Positions 19,016-29,244 are shown, numbered from the stretch's first letter. The stretch: 64,000 nt of DNA from an uncultured Bacillota bacterium (GCA_949282275.1 CASDOO010000002.1:2022-66021), one strand, 5' to 3'. Notes: generated by a model not told the origin, from the sequence alone. A program made the numbers and translations.

Positions 19016-19691
19016 TAAGTTGCAATTTAATGATTTTGACAGCCAATGTCACCGCTTTTTTGCATGCCTCTCCCAAGCTTTCAGTGTATTGCTCTTCATT
19101 CCCTTCTTCTTCGGTGTCATCGGAAATCGTACGCAGGATGCCAAAGGGGATGTTAGCCATATGACAGCACTGACCTACGGCTGCCGATTCCATATCGATG
19201 GCAATAGGATCGTCAAAGTCTTTATCTAGACTCTTCGGCATATTTTCCTTCGTGACAAACAAATCGCCGGTCAGGACAAGCCCAAGGTGGATCTTGGAAT
19301 CCAATTGTCTAGACAATTCGCAAAAGCGAGGAGAGGCTTCGAAATAAAGCGGGTGATCTGCCATCTGGCCTCTCTTCATTCCCGGAATGTCGACATCATA
19401 ATAGGCGGCCTTCGTTGCGCAAAAAGCATCATATCTTTTCAGGCGATGCCGAATCGTCCCGGCGACGCCCGTATTGACGACCAAGTCATATTGGCGTTCC
19501 TGGACCTTCTTCCCAATCGAAAAGGCCATGGCGGTCTTTCCGATGCCGCCGCGCATCAAAGTCCAGAAAATGCCGTCGGAGATAACGCAAAAGGAATCTT
19601 TGCGATCCTCGATTCTCGTGGCTTCTTTGAAAGCTTCTTCGACGGCCTGCCATTCGTCATCCGTGGCTACGATGAGAAGGACGTTTTTCAT
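19008..19691 (-). CDS. mtnN: 5'-methylthioadenosine/S-adenosylhomocysteine nucleosidase (PNP_UDP_1 family)
   Basis: MKNVLLIVATDDEW..., GGIGKTAMAF, NTGVAGT, TGDLFV, IDMESAAVGQ, ILRTISD motifs. The ATG overlaps the rsfS TGA (ATGA). The upstream part of the 252-aa ORF was discarded. Confidence 0.8.
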   Translation of the reverse strand: MKNVLLIVATDDEWQAVEEAFKEATRIEDRKDSFCVISDGIFWTLMRGGIGKTAMAFSIGKKVQERQYDLVVNTGVAGTIRHRLKRYDAFCATKAAYYDVDIPGMKRGQMADHPLYFEASPRFCELSRQLDSKIHLGLVLTGDLFVTKENMPKSLDKDFDDPIAIDMESAAVGQCCHMANIPFGILRTISDDTEEEGNEEQYTESLGEACKKAVTLAVKIIKLQLSK

Positions 19692-20137
19692 TTCCTTTGG
19701 CTTGCCGGACGCGCACGCTTGCGATATTTCGGTTCGGTCTTGGCTTCGACAATGACATGCGGGCAATCCTCATAGAGGGCATCGAAGTCGACTTCCTTGC
19801 GCATCTCTTCGGTAAAGAGCTGGACGACGACTTGCTTGGCATCCAGAAGAATCCAGTTGGAATCATTGCGACCTTCCTTGTGATCCAGGTCGTAGAAGTT
19901 GTCGTAAAGACTTTCATCGGCAGCGGAAACAAGGGCCCTTAGGCGCCTGTCGTTCTGTGCCGAGGCAACGATGTAATAGCTGACATACGGTGTTTTCTTG
20001 CGGACATCGTAGACGATGACGTCCGTACCGTAGTTCCAGGAAAGATCTTCGGCAACATGGATGGGCCTGACGGCAGCGATCCTTCCCTTGTTCTGGAATA
20101 TTCTTTCTTTCTTGATGTTCTTTTTTGCGATACTCAT
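19688..20137 (-). CDS. rsfS: ribosome silencing factor RsfS (YqeL)
   Basis: 149 aa. YVSYYIVASAQNDRRLRAL...NWILLDAKQVVVQLF is typical of RsfS. Synteny yqeK-rsfS. Confidence 0.9.
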   Translation of the reverse strand: MSIAKKNIKKERIFQNKGRIAAVRPIHVAEDLSWNYGTDVIVYDVRKKTPYVSYYIVASAQNDRRLRALVSAADESLYDNFYDLDHKEGRNDSNWILLDAKQVVVQLFTEEMRKEVDFDALYEDCPHVIVEAKTEPKYRKRARPASQRK

Positions 20138-21090
20138 CTTTCATTCTCCTCGTTTAGATATCGGTCATACATGGCGGAAGAAAGCGTGTTCGTGTGGTAA
20201 TCCACGTGTATTCGGGCAAGATATTCGGCCTGTTCGCGGATTGTCATCAAAAAGCCCGCATGGATATCCTTCTTTGCCTTCTCGAAAATATGCCGCGTTT
20301 CGAAATCGCGAAGGGGCTCGCATTTGTCCGCACAGTAAAGCGTCTGCTCGAAAAGGCTCATGTCGCCTTTTCCGGTGCAATGGCAGGCGATGGCGGAAAG
20401 CACCTCCTTGTCCTGTATCCCAAAGGCCGATTCGGCCAGGAAGGCCCCGGCAAATTGATGCATCGAAAAGCCAGGATAGCCTTGATACTGTGGGAAGTGT
20501 TCCTTGACCAAGCGTCTTTGCAAGGACTTGTCCAGGTCCTTGGCCAAATCATGGAAAAGGCCGGCATGATAGGCTTTGATAGCATCCAGTCCGTTGGCTT
20601 TCGCAATCTCATAGGCCGTCTTTGCGACCGATACGGAATGCCGATAGCGGTCGGGCTGCATCATGAAGCTGATCTTGGAGGCAAAGAAAAGGGGATGATC
20701 GGCAATATATTCCAAGACAGGGAAGGGGGCCGACAGACGTCTCCCGGAACGGACATCTTCCTGCGCCTTCAGAAGCCCATGGAATACGGCAATCGATGTC
20801 GAAACAAGTCCGAGCTTCATCAAGACCTCGTCATCGCCGATGAAATCATAGTTTTCGGAGCGGACGAGGTCAACCACCTCTTCCGGATCAACCGAAATCG
20901 TTTTGATGTCCTTATGGCAAAGGGAAAGAATTGCTTCTATGTCGTTTTGCGACAGTGACGGGTCTTTGCGCCTTAGAATGCCAAAGACGACCTCTCTTCC
21001 CTTGTTTTCGGCCAAAAAGGAAGCCAGACATTCTTCGTGTCTGGCTGTCCACGGCGAAAAGGAATCCAAAAACAGAACCTTCCTTGTCAT
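20134..21090 (-). CDS. yqeK: fusion of a degenerate NadD-like nucleotidyltransferase domain and the YqeK HD-domain phosphohydrolase
   Basis: The C-terminal ~190 aa have HD motifs (RYRHSVSVAKTA...AGLFHDLAKD...ACHCTGKG). The N-terminal ~120 aa align to the NadD start, but GGTFDPPHNGH is replaced by LDSFSPWTARH. The ATG overlaps the yqeH TGA. Confidence 0.8.
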   Translation of the reverse strand: MTRKVLFLDSFSPWTARHEECLASFLAENKGREVVFGILRRKDPSLSQNDIEAILSLCHKDIKTISVDPEEVVDLVRSENYDFIGDDEVLMKLGLVSTSIAVFHGLLKAQEDVRSGRRLSAPFPVLEYIADHPLFFASKISFMMQPDRYRHSVSVAKTAYEIAKANGLDAIKAYHAGLFHDLAKDLDKSLQRRLVKEHFPQYQGYPGFSMHQFAGAFLAESAFGIQDKEVLSAIACHCTGKGDMSLFEQTLYCADKCEPLRDFETRHIFEKAKKDIHAGFLMTIREQAEYLARIHVDYHTNTLSSAMYDRYLNEENER

Positions 21091-22241
21091 TGTCCGATTT
21101 CGTTCTTCTCGCAAATGATCCTTACGCCATTGGGGGCGTAGACATCGATCTTCTGCTTTTCTCCGATGAAGTCAAAGAATCCCAACCCGACGATGCGGAC
21201 ACGATAAAGGACGTTTTCCTCGATGGAAATGGAAGTCTTCGCAAGATCGGAAATGTCATGGATCTTGCCGCTGCGGAAGCTAGCCTGCTCGTTTTCGCAA
21301 AGCATCCGGAAAGTCGCATCGGCCTTGGAAAGCTTGCATCTTTCAATCGTGATGTCATTGGACTTGTAGAAGGTCAAGTCGGCCTTTCCGCCCTCGACAT
21401 AGTCGATGCGGCAGAGATTGGAAAGCAGGAAGGACTGGCCGGCCTTCGTTTGGTATCTTTCCGGACGGATTTCGCTCCTGGGAATGACGTACTTGACGAT
21501 TTCCGGTTCGATGAAGGACACGATGCTCTTGGGGTTGTAGATGCCGGGTGTGTCGTAGATGTAGGAATCGTTGTCCAGCGGGATGGAAATGACGTCCAGC
21601 GTCGTTCCGGGATACGGAGAGGTCGTGATCATCTTTTCCGTGGAATTCTTGTATTCCTTGAGCAGTCGGTTGATAAGGGATGACTTTCCGACCTGGTAGG
21701 CGCCGATGAAATAGACACTCTTTCCTTTACGATGCCTTTCGATGGAGGCCATCATTTCCTCGATGTTCATGCCCTTGGAAGAAGAGGTCATGATCAGGTC
21801 GAGGACATGGATGTTCTCGGGTTCCAGCTTTTTCATGACGTATTTCCGCAGGAAATCATCCGAATAGGTCTTCGGAAGGACATCCCTCTTGTTGACGACG
21901 ACGATGACGTTTTCGGGAAGATATTTGCCGATGCCGTCCAGAAGGGCTCCCGTCAGGCAGAAGGCGTTGAGGACATAGACGACAAGCGCCCCTTCTTCCT
22001 TTGCCGATTCGAGGATAGTGACATAGTCGATGTTGAAGTCAGGCGTCTTCTTGTAGGTCGAATAATGCCGAAGCTTGTAGCAACGCTCGCAAAGGGTGTC
22101 CTCGCCGGATTCGAATTTCTCCGGAGGGACATAGCCGACTTCCTGAGGGTCGGTATCCTGAAGGATGGCTCCGCATCCATAACAACGGCGGACGCGGATT
22201 TCCTGGGTCACGCCACTGGCTTTGGTTCGCTTGAAGAACAT
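21087..22241 (-). CDS. yqeH: ribosome-biogenesis GTPase YqeH (circularly permuted)
   Basis: N-terminal zinc ribbon (CYGCGAILQ...CERCYKL). Permuted G motifs (VVVNKRDVL ... FIGAYQVGKSSLINRL ... DTPG). GGAGG SD before ATG 22241. Confidence 0.9.
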   Translation of the reverse strand: MFFKRTKASGVTQEIRVRRCYGCGAILQDTDPQEVGYVPPEKFESGEDTLCERCYKLRHYSTYKKTPDFNIDYVTILESAKEEGALVVYVLNAFCLTGALLDGIGKYLPENVIVVVNKRDVLPKTYSDDFLRKYVMKKLEPENIHVLDLIMTSSSKGMNIEEMMASIERHRKGKSVYFIGAYQVGKSSLINRLLKEYKNSTEKMITTSPYPGTTLDVISIPLDNDSYIYDTPGIYNPKSIVSFIEPEIVKYVIPRSEIRPERYQTKAGQSFLLSNLCRIDYVEGGKADLTFYKSNDITIERCKLSKADATFRMLCENEQASFRSGKIHDISDLAKTSISIEENVLYRVRIVGLGFFDFIGEKQKIDVYAPNGVRIICEKNEIGQ

Positions 22242-22786
22242 GATTTTACCTCCTCTGTATTTCTTTTCGGGCACTCGCTTCCGAGCAGGCCCTTGCGCCG
22301 CCAACCTTCGCGGATGCGCTTGTCGAAGAAACGGGGAATCTTGGTGACGAGATTGTCCTTTTCCGAGAGCGGTTCGGTCAGGACAAGACGGCCATGGAGC
22401 TGCTTGACGTAGAGCCTATCGGTATAGATCTGGTCGCCAATGAAGATGCAATCCTCGACCTTGACGTTCTGTCGCTTCAGGAAGCGCCGGACGCGGAAGG
22501 CGACATACTTGAAGGAAAGGCTCAGATAGGGGACGCCAAGGCTTTGGCAATAGCGACCGCAACGCTTCTCCGTGTTGTTGGAAAGGATGAATACCTTCAA
22601 GCCCATGTCCTGGTATTCCCTGAGAATTTTCCGTGCCCTTTCGGAAGGCTCTTCGACGTCGGCCGGGTCGAGCGTGTTGTCCAGGTCGAGGACGACGGCC
22701 TTCACGCCCAGTTGCCGAAAGAAGGACGGGTCGATATCGTAGATGCTTTTCGCATGGAAAGAGACTTTGCTTTTCGATTTGGGCAT
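22208..22786 (-). CDS. yqeG: YqeG-family HAD phosphatase
   Basis: VVLDLDNTL (HAD motif I), ILSNN, GDQIYTD motifs. Synteny yqeG-yqeH. Confidence 0.82.
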   Translation of the reverse strand: MPKSKSKVSFHAKSIYDIDPSFFRQLGVKAVVLDLDNTLDPADVEEPSERARKILREYQDMGLKVFILSNNTEKRCGRYCQSLGVPYLSLSFKYVAFRVRRFLKRQNVKVEDCIFIGDQIYTDRLYVKQLHGRLVLTEPLSEKDNLVTKIPRFFDKRIREGWRRKGLLGSECPKRNTEEVKSCSSSEPKPVA

Positions 22787-22792
22787 ATTTCA

Positions 22793-22801
22793 AGTATAGC
22801 A
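22793..22801 (-). promoter_or_regulatory. extended -10 (TGcTATACT) placed 6 nt before the yqeG ATG; leaderless-type promoter
   Basis: Minus strand reads TGCTATACT-TGAAAT-ATG with no SD. Confidence 0.45.
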
Positions 22802-22809
22802 GATATCCT

Positions 22810-25413
22810 TTACTTTTTGTCTTTTTCGAAGAGATCGAAGAGAGAAAGCTGGGTGTCGGCCTTGTCGACGCTGGCCTTGACCGGGCTGACCTTGACGACC
22901 TTGGGCGTCTCGATGGGGAACGAGGCGTCGATGACTTCGCCGAAATCGTTCCTGCCCTCCAGGAGGCTCTTTCCAAGTCCCGGTATGTTCTCGCGCATTT
23001 CGGAATTGAGCTCGACGGGGGCAAGCTCGCCCAGATCGATGACGACGTTCTGGTCTTCGCTGGTCGCGCTGACGACGTTCCTCTGGCCGCGCACCTTCTC
23101 GACCTTGCTCAGGGAAACGATGTTCATCGGGTTCTTCTTAAAGATGCGGACGAGGTTGGTCTTCGCCCCGAGCCTTTCTGTCGTCTCGATCTTCGTTGAG
23201 GAGACAAGCCTTGCGGCACGCCTGTCGGCAAGGATAAGAAGGAGGGAGGCCTCCTTGCTGGTCAGGGAGACAAGGGCGGAAAGCGGCGTGTTGTCGATCG
23301 TGGAGGAAATGGCCTTGACGCCCATGGCCCCAAGGGAGACAAGCGGAATGTCCGACTCGTTGAAGCGGCTTGCCCTTCCAAGGCCATCGCAGACGATGAG
23401 GTCGGAGTTGCCACTGGTCATTTCGACGCCGACAAGCGCATCGGCATCGTTGAGAAGCTTGCAGGCACGCAGGGTCCTCTTTGTCAGGCCGGATTGGCGG
23501 AATTCCGTTAGGGCCGTCCTCTTGATCTTGTTCTCCCGAGTCAGCATGACGACGTTGACGCCTTGACGGAATTCATCCAGGAGGAAGACACGAACGACCT
23601 TCTCGTTGGCCTTGAGCGTAAGAAGGTTGTTGAGATGCTTTCCCTCCTCCTTCCACTTGAGCTCCGGAAGCTGATAGACGGGAATGTAGCCATAGTTGCC
23701 CCGATCGGTAAAGAAGAGCAGGGAATCGTGGGTTGAGCATTTCCGACAGAAGACGATCCTGTCCCCGGGCTTGGTCTTCGGCAGGGGAACGATCTCGTCC
23801 TTGTTGGCATCGCAATAGGCCTGATAGGACTTGGGCGTCGTCCTCTTGCTGTAGCCATCCTCGGTAATGGCGACATAGCAGTCTTCCTTGGCGATGAGCT
23901 TGGTCTGGTCGACGGCATTGAAGACGAGCTTCTCGTCGAGGATTTGCGTCCTTCTCTCGCGGGCGAATTCCTTCCGGACTTCCTTGAGGCTCTTGACGAT
24001 TTCGTGATCGAGCTTCTCGGAATCGGAGAGAAGGCCCTTGAGCCTTTCGATGTCCTTGCGAAGGCTTTCGTCTTCCTCCCGCAGGGCGACGATGTCGGTA
24101 TTGGAAAGACGATAGAGAGGAAGCATGGCGATGGCTTCCGCCTGGTTCTCGGTAAAGCCGTAGTCCTCGCGAAGCATCTGCTTGACGGATTCCTTCCCGT
24201 GGCATTTCTTGATCTTGGCGATGACCTCGTCGACGATGGAATAGACCTTGACAAGGCCGGCGACGATTTCGAGCCGCTTCTGGTCCTGCCGAAGATCGTA
24301 TGCCGCCGTGCGGGTCTCGATTTCCCGCTGATGGTCGATATAGGCGTCGAGGATCTCAAGAAGCGGAAGGGTCTTGGGGTGTCCCTTGACGATGGCAAGG
24401 AAGTTGCAGGAAAGGTTGTTTCTCAGGCAGCCTTTCGACTGAAGGTAGTTGAGGACGTCTTCCGGACTGGCGCCCTTCTTGATCTTGATGACGATATGGA
24501 CGTCGTCCTTGGCGGATTCGTCGACGATTTCCTCGATGTTGTCGAGATTGTCCGTCTCCTTCCTTTTCGTGAGATTGGCGACGAAATCGATCTTGACGAC
24601 ACCGGTCGGAATCTGGTCGATCACGATCGTGTTCTCATCGTGGTCGATCGTGACATGGCTATAGACGGTCAGGGTCCCCTTTCCCGTCTCGTAAAGCGAA
24701 CGGATTGCGGCCTTGTCGTCGAGGATGCCGCCCGTCGGGAAATCGGGGCCCTTGATGAAGGCCATGATGTCATCGAGGTTGGCCCGGCGGTGCGTGATCC
24801 GGTAGATGGTCGCATCGATGACCTCGCCGAGATTGTGGCTGGGGATGAACGTCGTGCTTCCGACGGCGATGCCCTGCGTTCCGTTGACAAGGAGATTGGG
24901 GAAGCGTGCCGGAAGGACGGTCGGCTCGAGGGACTTGTCGTCAAAGGTCGGAACCATCTCGACGGTTTCCTTCTCGATTCCGCGGACGAGGTATTCGCTC
25001 AGTCTCGAAAGCCTTGCCTCGGTATAACGGTTGGCGGCAGCGGGATCGTCGTCGATGGAGCCGTTGTTTCCCTGGAAGTCGACAAGGGGCTCTTCCATCT
25101 TCCATCCCTGGGAGAGGTGGACGAGGGCATCATAGATGGAGGCATCGCCATGGGGATGGTAATGGCCCATGACATGGCCGACGATGGTGGCGCACTTGAC
25201 CGTGGGCTTGCTGTAGAGGTCGCCTTGGTCGAACATGTCGTAGATGATCCTTCGCTGGACGGGCTTGAGGCCATCGCGGACGTCCGGAATGGCGCGGTCG
25301 GTGATGACGGCCTTGGCATAGCGGTTGAAAGCCTGGATGAGGACATCGCTCATCTGGGAGGGAACGATGTCTTCGGCAGAAAGGATCTGTTCCTCTTTCT
25401 TCTTACTTTTCAC
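22810..25413 (-). CDS. parC: DNA topoisomerase IV subunit A
   Basis: [43 protein letters not shown] (the NNGS form is typical of Gram-positive ParC). Adjacent parE with divergent plsY as in Bacillus. GTG start preceded by AAGGAGG at 6 nt. ParC versus GyrA was called from motifs and synteny only. Confidence 0.88.
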   Translation of the reverse strand: MKSKKKEEQILSAEDIVPSQMSDVLIQAFNRYAKAVITDRAIPDVRDGLKPVQRRIIYDMFDQGDLYSKPTVKCATIVGHVMGHYHPHGDASIYDALVHLSQGWKMEEPLVDFQGNNGSIDDDPAAANRYTEARLSRLSEYLVRGIEKETVEMVPTFDDKSLEPTVLPARFPNLLVNGTQGIAVGSTTFIPSHNLGEVIDATIYRITHRRANLDDIMAFIKGPDFPTGGILDDKAAIRSLYETGKGTLTVYSHVTIDHDENTIVIDQIPTGVVKIDFVANLTKRKETDNLDNIEEIVDESAKDDVHIVIKIKKGASPEDVLNYLQSKGCLRNNLSCNFLAIVKGHPKTLPLLEILDAYIDHQREIETRTAAYDLRQDQKRLEIVAGLVKVYSIVDEVIAKIKKCHGKESVKQMLREDYGFTENQAEAIAMLPLYRLSNTDIVALREEDESLRKDIERLKGLLSDSEKLDHEIVKSLKEVRKEFARERRTQILDEKLVFNAVDQTKLIAKEDCYVAITEDGYSKRTTPKSYQAYCDANKDEIVPLPKTKPGDRIVFCRKCSTHDSLLFFTDRGNYGYIPVYQLPELKWKEEGKHLNNLLTLKANEKVVRVFLLDEFRQGVNVVMLTRENKIKRTALTEFRQSGLTKRTLRACKLLNDADALVGVEMTSGNSDLIVCDGLGRASRFNESDIPLVSLGAMGVKAISSTIDNTPLSALVSLTSKEASLLLILADRRAARLVSSTKIETTERLGAKTNLVRIFKKNPMNIVSLSKVEKVRGQRNVVSATSEDQNVVIDLGELAPVELNSEMRENIPGLGKSLLEGRNDFGEVIDASFPIETPKVVKVSPVKASVDKADTQLSLFDLFEKDKK

Positions 25414-27337
25414 GTTCTACCTCCTTGGTGAATGTATCCTTCGTCGTGAAGTCGATGTTGTTCTCGATCCAGTCCTTTCGCCGATCGGTGTCCTTGCCGA
25501 GGAAAAGATTGACCTTGTCCTTGCACTCCTCATCGTCCTGGATGAAGACGCGGAGCAGCTTCCTTTTCTCCGGAAGCATCGTCGTCGTGGAAAGCTGATC
25601 GTAGTTCATTTCGCCAAGACCCTTGTAGCGGTTGACCTTGTAGCCCTTGCCGATCGCCTGCTTGGCCTTTTCCAGCTCGGTATCGTCATAGCAGTAGATT
25701 TCCTTCTTGCCGTTGTAGACGCGATAAAGGGGCGGGCAGGCGATATAGACATGTCCCGTCTCGAGAAGCGGCTTCATGTGGCTGTAGAAGAAGGTCAGGA
25801 GGAGGGATTGGATATGGCTTCCGTCGTCATCGGCATCGGTCATGATGATGACTTTTCCGTAATGGATGTCCTTGACCTTGAAGTCGGAGTCGAATCCCGC
25901 GCCGATGGTATAGATGAGGGTCGCGATTTCCTTGTTTCCGAGAAGGGCCTTCTCGTCCTCGACGTCGGTGGTGTTCTTGGGCTTTCCGCGAAGCGGGAGG
26001 ATGGCCTGATGGCGGGGATCCCGGCCCTTCTTGGCCGAACCGCCGGCGGAATCGCCCTCGACGATGAAGAGCTCGTTGCGGAGGTAGTCCTTGCTGGAGC
26101 AGGGGGTCAGCTTGTCGGAAAGGTTGAAGGAGGAAATCTTGCTCTTGAGAAGCTCCCTTTCCTTGCGCCTTGCGTTTTCCGCTTGCACCCTGGCTTTCAT
26201 CTCGTCGGTCGTCTTCTTGACGACGGCGCTGGCTTCTCCGTCGTGTTCCTCAAGATAGTAGCTCAGCTTGCTTTCGACGACCTTGTCGACGGCATTGATG
26301 GCTTCCTTCGTTCCAAGCTTGCCCTTCGTCTGGCCTTCGAACTGAAGGAGATGCTCGGGAACCCAGGTGGAAAGGATGGCGACAAGCCCTTCCCTCAGGC
26401 AGTCCCCGTCGAGGGAATCGTTGCTCCGGATCTGCTTGTGGTTGATGGCATAGGAATTGAAGCAGTTGGTCAGGGCCTTCTTCAGGCCGGTGACGTGATA
26501 GCCGCCATCTCCCGTGCGGACGCCGTTTGCAAAGGAGATGATCTTCTCGTCGTAGTTGTCCTTGAGGAAGCCGAAGGTCACCTCGACCTTGATGCCATCC
26601 TCGCTCTTACCTTCGATGTGGATGGCGCTGGTCAGGCCATCCTTGCCCGCCGTGTGGCGGAGATAGTATTCCAAAAGGCCGTTTTCATAATAGAAATCCT
26701 GCTTCCGGCCGCTTCTTTCGTCCAGGAGGTGGAACGTCACGCCCTTCGTCAGGCAGGCCTGGTCATCGAGATGCTGGGCAATCCGGTCGAAGGAGAAATT
26801 GGTGTCCGAGAAAATCGAGCCGTCGGGAAGGAAGCGGACATCCGTTCCCCTTTTCGTCGTCGGCCCGAGGTCCTGAAGCGGGCTTGCCTTCTTTCCGCCG
26901 TTCTCGAAACGCATGAAATGGTCCCTGCCGTCCTTGAAGGAATGGACTTCCATCCAGACGGAAAGGGCATTGGTGACCGAGGCGCCAACGCCATGAAGAC
27001 CGCCGGCGCTCTTGTAGTTGCTTTCGTCGAACTTTCCGCCGCCATGCAGGGTCTGGTAGACGATCTGGAAGCCGTTCATCTTCTCGCGGGCATTGTAGTC
27101 ATAGGGAATGCCGCGTCCCTGGTCGCAGACCTCCAAGGAACCATCGTCGTGGATGGTCACGTAGATATGCTTTCCGTAGCCTTCGTTGGCTTCGTCGACG
27201 GCATTATCGACGATTTCCCATACGAGATGGTGGAGACCGACGGTATCCGTCGATCCGATATACATGCCAGGTCGTTCCCGAACCGGCTCGAGGCCATGGA
27301 GTACGGTCAGGCTTTTGGCATCATATTTATCGCTCAT
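25403..27337 (-). CDS. parE: DNA topoisomerase IV subunit B
   Basis: GHKL ATPase N-terminus (LHGLEPVRERPGMYIGSTD...HHLVWEIVDNAVDE) and a Toprim domain (ELFIVEGDSAGGSAK). Start set at ATG 27337, with GAGGTG 6 nt upstream; the ORF-track start 27346 is a GTG. Confidence 0.9.
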   Translation of the reverse strand: MSDKYDAKSLTVLHGLEPVRERPGMYIGSTDTVGLHHLVWEIVDNAVDEANEGYGKHIYVTIHDDGSLEVCDQGRGIPYDYNAREKMNGFQIVYQTLHGGGKFDESNYKSAGGLHGVGASVTNALSVWMEVHSFKDGRDHFMRFENGGKKASPLQDLGPTTKRGTDVRFLPDGSIFSDTNFSFDRIAQHLDDQACLTKGVTFHLLDERSGRKQDFYYENGLLEYYLRHTAGKDGLTSAIHIEGKSEDGIKVEVTFGFLKDNYDEKIISFANGVRTGDGGYHVTGLKKALTNCFNSYAINHKQIRSNDSLDGDCLREGLVAILSTWVPEHLLQFEGQTKGKLGTKEAINAVDKVVESKLSYYLEEHDGEASAVVKKTTDEMKARVQAENARRKERELLKSKISSFNLSDKLTPCSSKDYLRNELFIVEGDSAGGSAKKGRDPRHQAILPLRGKPKNTTDVEDEKALLGNKEIATLIYTIGAGFDSDFKVKDIHYGKVIIMTDADDDGSHIQSLLLTFFYSHMKPLLETGHVYIACPPLYRVYNGKKEIYCYDDTELEKAKQAIGKGYKVNRYKGLGEMNYDQLSTTTMLPEKRKLLRVFIQDDEECKDKVNLFLGKDTDRRKDWIENNIDFTTKDTFTKEVEREK

Positions 27338-27427
27338 TTCATTCACCTCAACATATAATTTTAAATTTTGTAAGCCTGAAAATAAAGCAAATGCTTTATA
27401 ATCGTTCCTATTCGGGGGTTAACGAAA

Positions 27428-28162
27428 ATGAACCTGGAAGTCCTCTACACCATCCTCTTCTCCCTTCTCATGTTAGTCTTCGGCTATCTTATCGGCTCGA
27501 TTCCGACCTCCATCATCATCGGCAGGCTTCACGGAATCGATATCCGCCAGCATGGTTCCCACAACGCCGGAGGAACCAACGTCGGCCGTGTCATCGGAAA
27601 GAAGGCCGGCATCCTGACCATCGTCCTGGACATCCTCAAATGCTTCCTTCCCTGCCTTGTCGTCTTCCTGATCTTCAACTTTGTTCCCGTGCCTTTTCTC
27701 TCCGGTTATGAACATCTCAAGGAGCTCTTTGTCGGCCTGACGGCCACGGGCGTCTGCCTGGGCCACACCTTCCCCCTCTATGCCGGCTTCCGCGGCGGGA
27801 AATGCGTTGCCTGCTTTGCCGGCTACATCATCTTCGTCTCCCCGATCTGCTTCGTCCTTGCCTGCGCCCTCTTCTTCCTGCTTTTCTTCCTTTTCAAGAA
27901 GGTCTCCCTTTCCTCGGTCATCGCCGTTCCGTCCGCCCTTCTTCTCCTTCTTGTCCCGATGATCCTCGACCTGACCGTCCTTCCGGAAACGACGGCATTC
28001 AATGGCGGTACCTATTTTGCCCCTTCCTGCCTTCTTCACCTTTCCTACGTGACGGTGGTTTTCGCCTTCCTTCTGGCAAGCCTTGTCATAGTCCGACACC
28101 TCGGCAACATCAAGCGCCTTGAAAAAGGCCTGGAACCCGAAACCCACTTCAAGAAGGACTGA
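27428..28162 (+). CDS. plsY: glycerol-3-phosphate acyltransferase PlsY
   Basis: GSIPTSIIIGRL...GSHNAGGTNVGR...LDILKC...GHTFPLYAGFRGGK motifs. Confidence 0.92.
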   Translation: MNLEVLYTILFSLLMLVFGYLIGSIPTSIIIGRLHGIDIRQHGSHNAGGTNVGRVIGKKAGILTIVLDILKCFLPCLVVFLIFNFVPVPFLSGYEHLKELFVGLTATGVCLGHTFPLYAGFRGGKCVACFAGYIIFVSPICFVLACALFFLLFFLFKKVSLSSVIAVPSALLLLLVPMILDLTVLPETTAFNGGTYFAPSCLLHLSYVTVVFAFLLASLVIVRHLGNIKRLEKGLEPETHFKKD

Positions 28163-28360
28163 TTCTTTCTGGGGCACACATTTCCCTTGCCTACCTTTCC
28201 TGAACAGGAATCAAATTGCTTTTGAAATACTTTGCCTTCCTTTTCCATAGAAATCCCTTGTCCTTCTCATTCGTCCAGGGAATCCCTTCGCTAAGCTTCT
28301 CTTTCTTCGCATTTCGTTCCTGTGCCTTTGCCGACAAGCGCCAAAAGCAATCCGGACATC

Positions 28361-28392
28361 AAAAAAACCAGGGCCTTCAACCCTGGCTTTTT
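28361..28392. terminator. bidirectional rho-independent terminator (serves yneF on -, possibly plsY on +)
   Basis: A7-CCAGGG-ccttcaa-CCCTGG-cT5. It begins 2 nt after the yneF stop codon. Confidence 0.8.
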
Positions 28393-28393
28393 C

Positions 28394-28642
28394 TTACTTC
28401 TTTCGCGAAGCGGGATTTCGCTGCGCTTCCTCGATGGCGCGCATCGTCTGGTTGACCCTGGCCTCGCTCGGGGTCTGACCCATGGAGCGATACATGGCCT
28501 TGATCATGTTCCGGTTGATCGGCGGGTTCTTCTTCAGTTCTGTCTGGAACAGCTTCCTGGCAAGGAAGTATCCGCCGACAAGACCGACAAGAAGGCAGGC
28601 GATGACGATGAGGACGAATCCCCAAACAGGAAGTCCTGCCAT
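28394..28642 (-). CDS. yneF: UPF0154 (YneF-like) small membrane protein
   Basis: 82 aa. One N-terminal TM helix, then KKNPPINRNMIKAMYRSMGQTPSEARVNQ, characteristic of the YneF family. Confidence 0.7.
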   Translation of the reverse strand: MAGLPVWGFVLIVIACLLVGLVGGYFLARKLFQTELKKNPPINRNMIKAMYRSMGQTPSEARVNQTMRAIEEAQRNPASRKK

Positions 28643-28645
28643 GCC

Positions 28646-29224
28646 TTAGGCCCTGGAGTCGTATTCGCCGGTGGCGGTACGGACGACGATGTCGGTCCCG
28701 TTCTTGATGAACATCGGGACGCGGAGCTTGAACCCGGTCTCGAGGACGGCTTCCTTCGTTGCCTTGTTGACGGTGTCGCCGGGCGTGGCGTTGTCATCGC
28801 ATTCGACGATCTTCAGGGTGACCTTGTCGGGAAGCTGGATGCCGAGGATCTCGGTCTCGTAGTAGGTGATGAGGACGTTGGAGTTCGGGGCGAGGAACTG
28901 GAGCTCCCACTTGACGCGATCCTTCGGAAGCTGGATCTGGTCATAGGTCTCGTTGTCCATGAAATAGGCAAAGCCCGACTCGCCTTCGTCGGAATAGAGG
29001 AACTGCATTTCCTTCTTGTCCAGATAGGCAAGCTCGACCTTCGTTCCGGAGAAGAGCATCATCTCGCTGATGGCGCCGCTGCGGAGGTTCTTGGCCTTGA
29101 TCTTGTGCTTCATCTTGGCCATTGCCGTCTTGTTGTGCTGGATGTCGACGACCGAAAGAAGCTGGCCGTCGTAGAGGAAGACCTTGCCCGGGCCAAGTTC
29201 GCCCGCATCAACCATGTCTGCCAT
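28646..29224 (-). CDS. efp: elongation factor P
   Basis: 192 aa from ATG 29224 (GGGAGG SD). Domain I-III pattern (GKVFLYDGQLLSVVDIQH...; ATPGDTVNKATKEAVLETG; RVPMFI). The loop reads HNKTAMAK instead of HVKPGKGA. Confidence 0.9.
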   Translation of the reverse strand: MADMVDAGELGPGKVFLYDGQLLSVVDIQHNKTAMAKMKHKIKAKNLRSGAISEMMLFSGTKVELAYLDKKEMQFLYSDEGESGFAYFMDNETYDQIQLPKDRVKWELQFLAPNSNVLITYYETEILGIQLPDKVTLKIVECDDNATPGDTVNKATKEAVLETGFKLRVPMFIKNGTDIVVRTATGEYDSRA

Positions 29225-29244
29225 GTGCCTTGTCCTCCCTTGCC

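Noticed and set aside
28163-28360. A 200-nt pyrimidine-rich spacer between plsY and the bidirectional terminator, considered as a gene remnant or sRNA.
   Set aside because: I found no ORF with an SD, no convincing structure, and no recognisable motif. I cannot distinguish a long 3' UTR from decayed sequence without comparative data.
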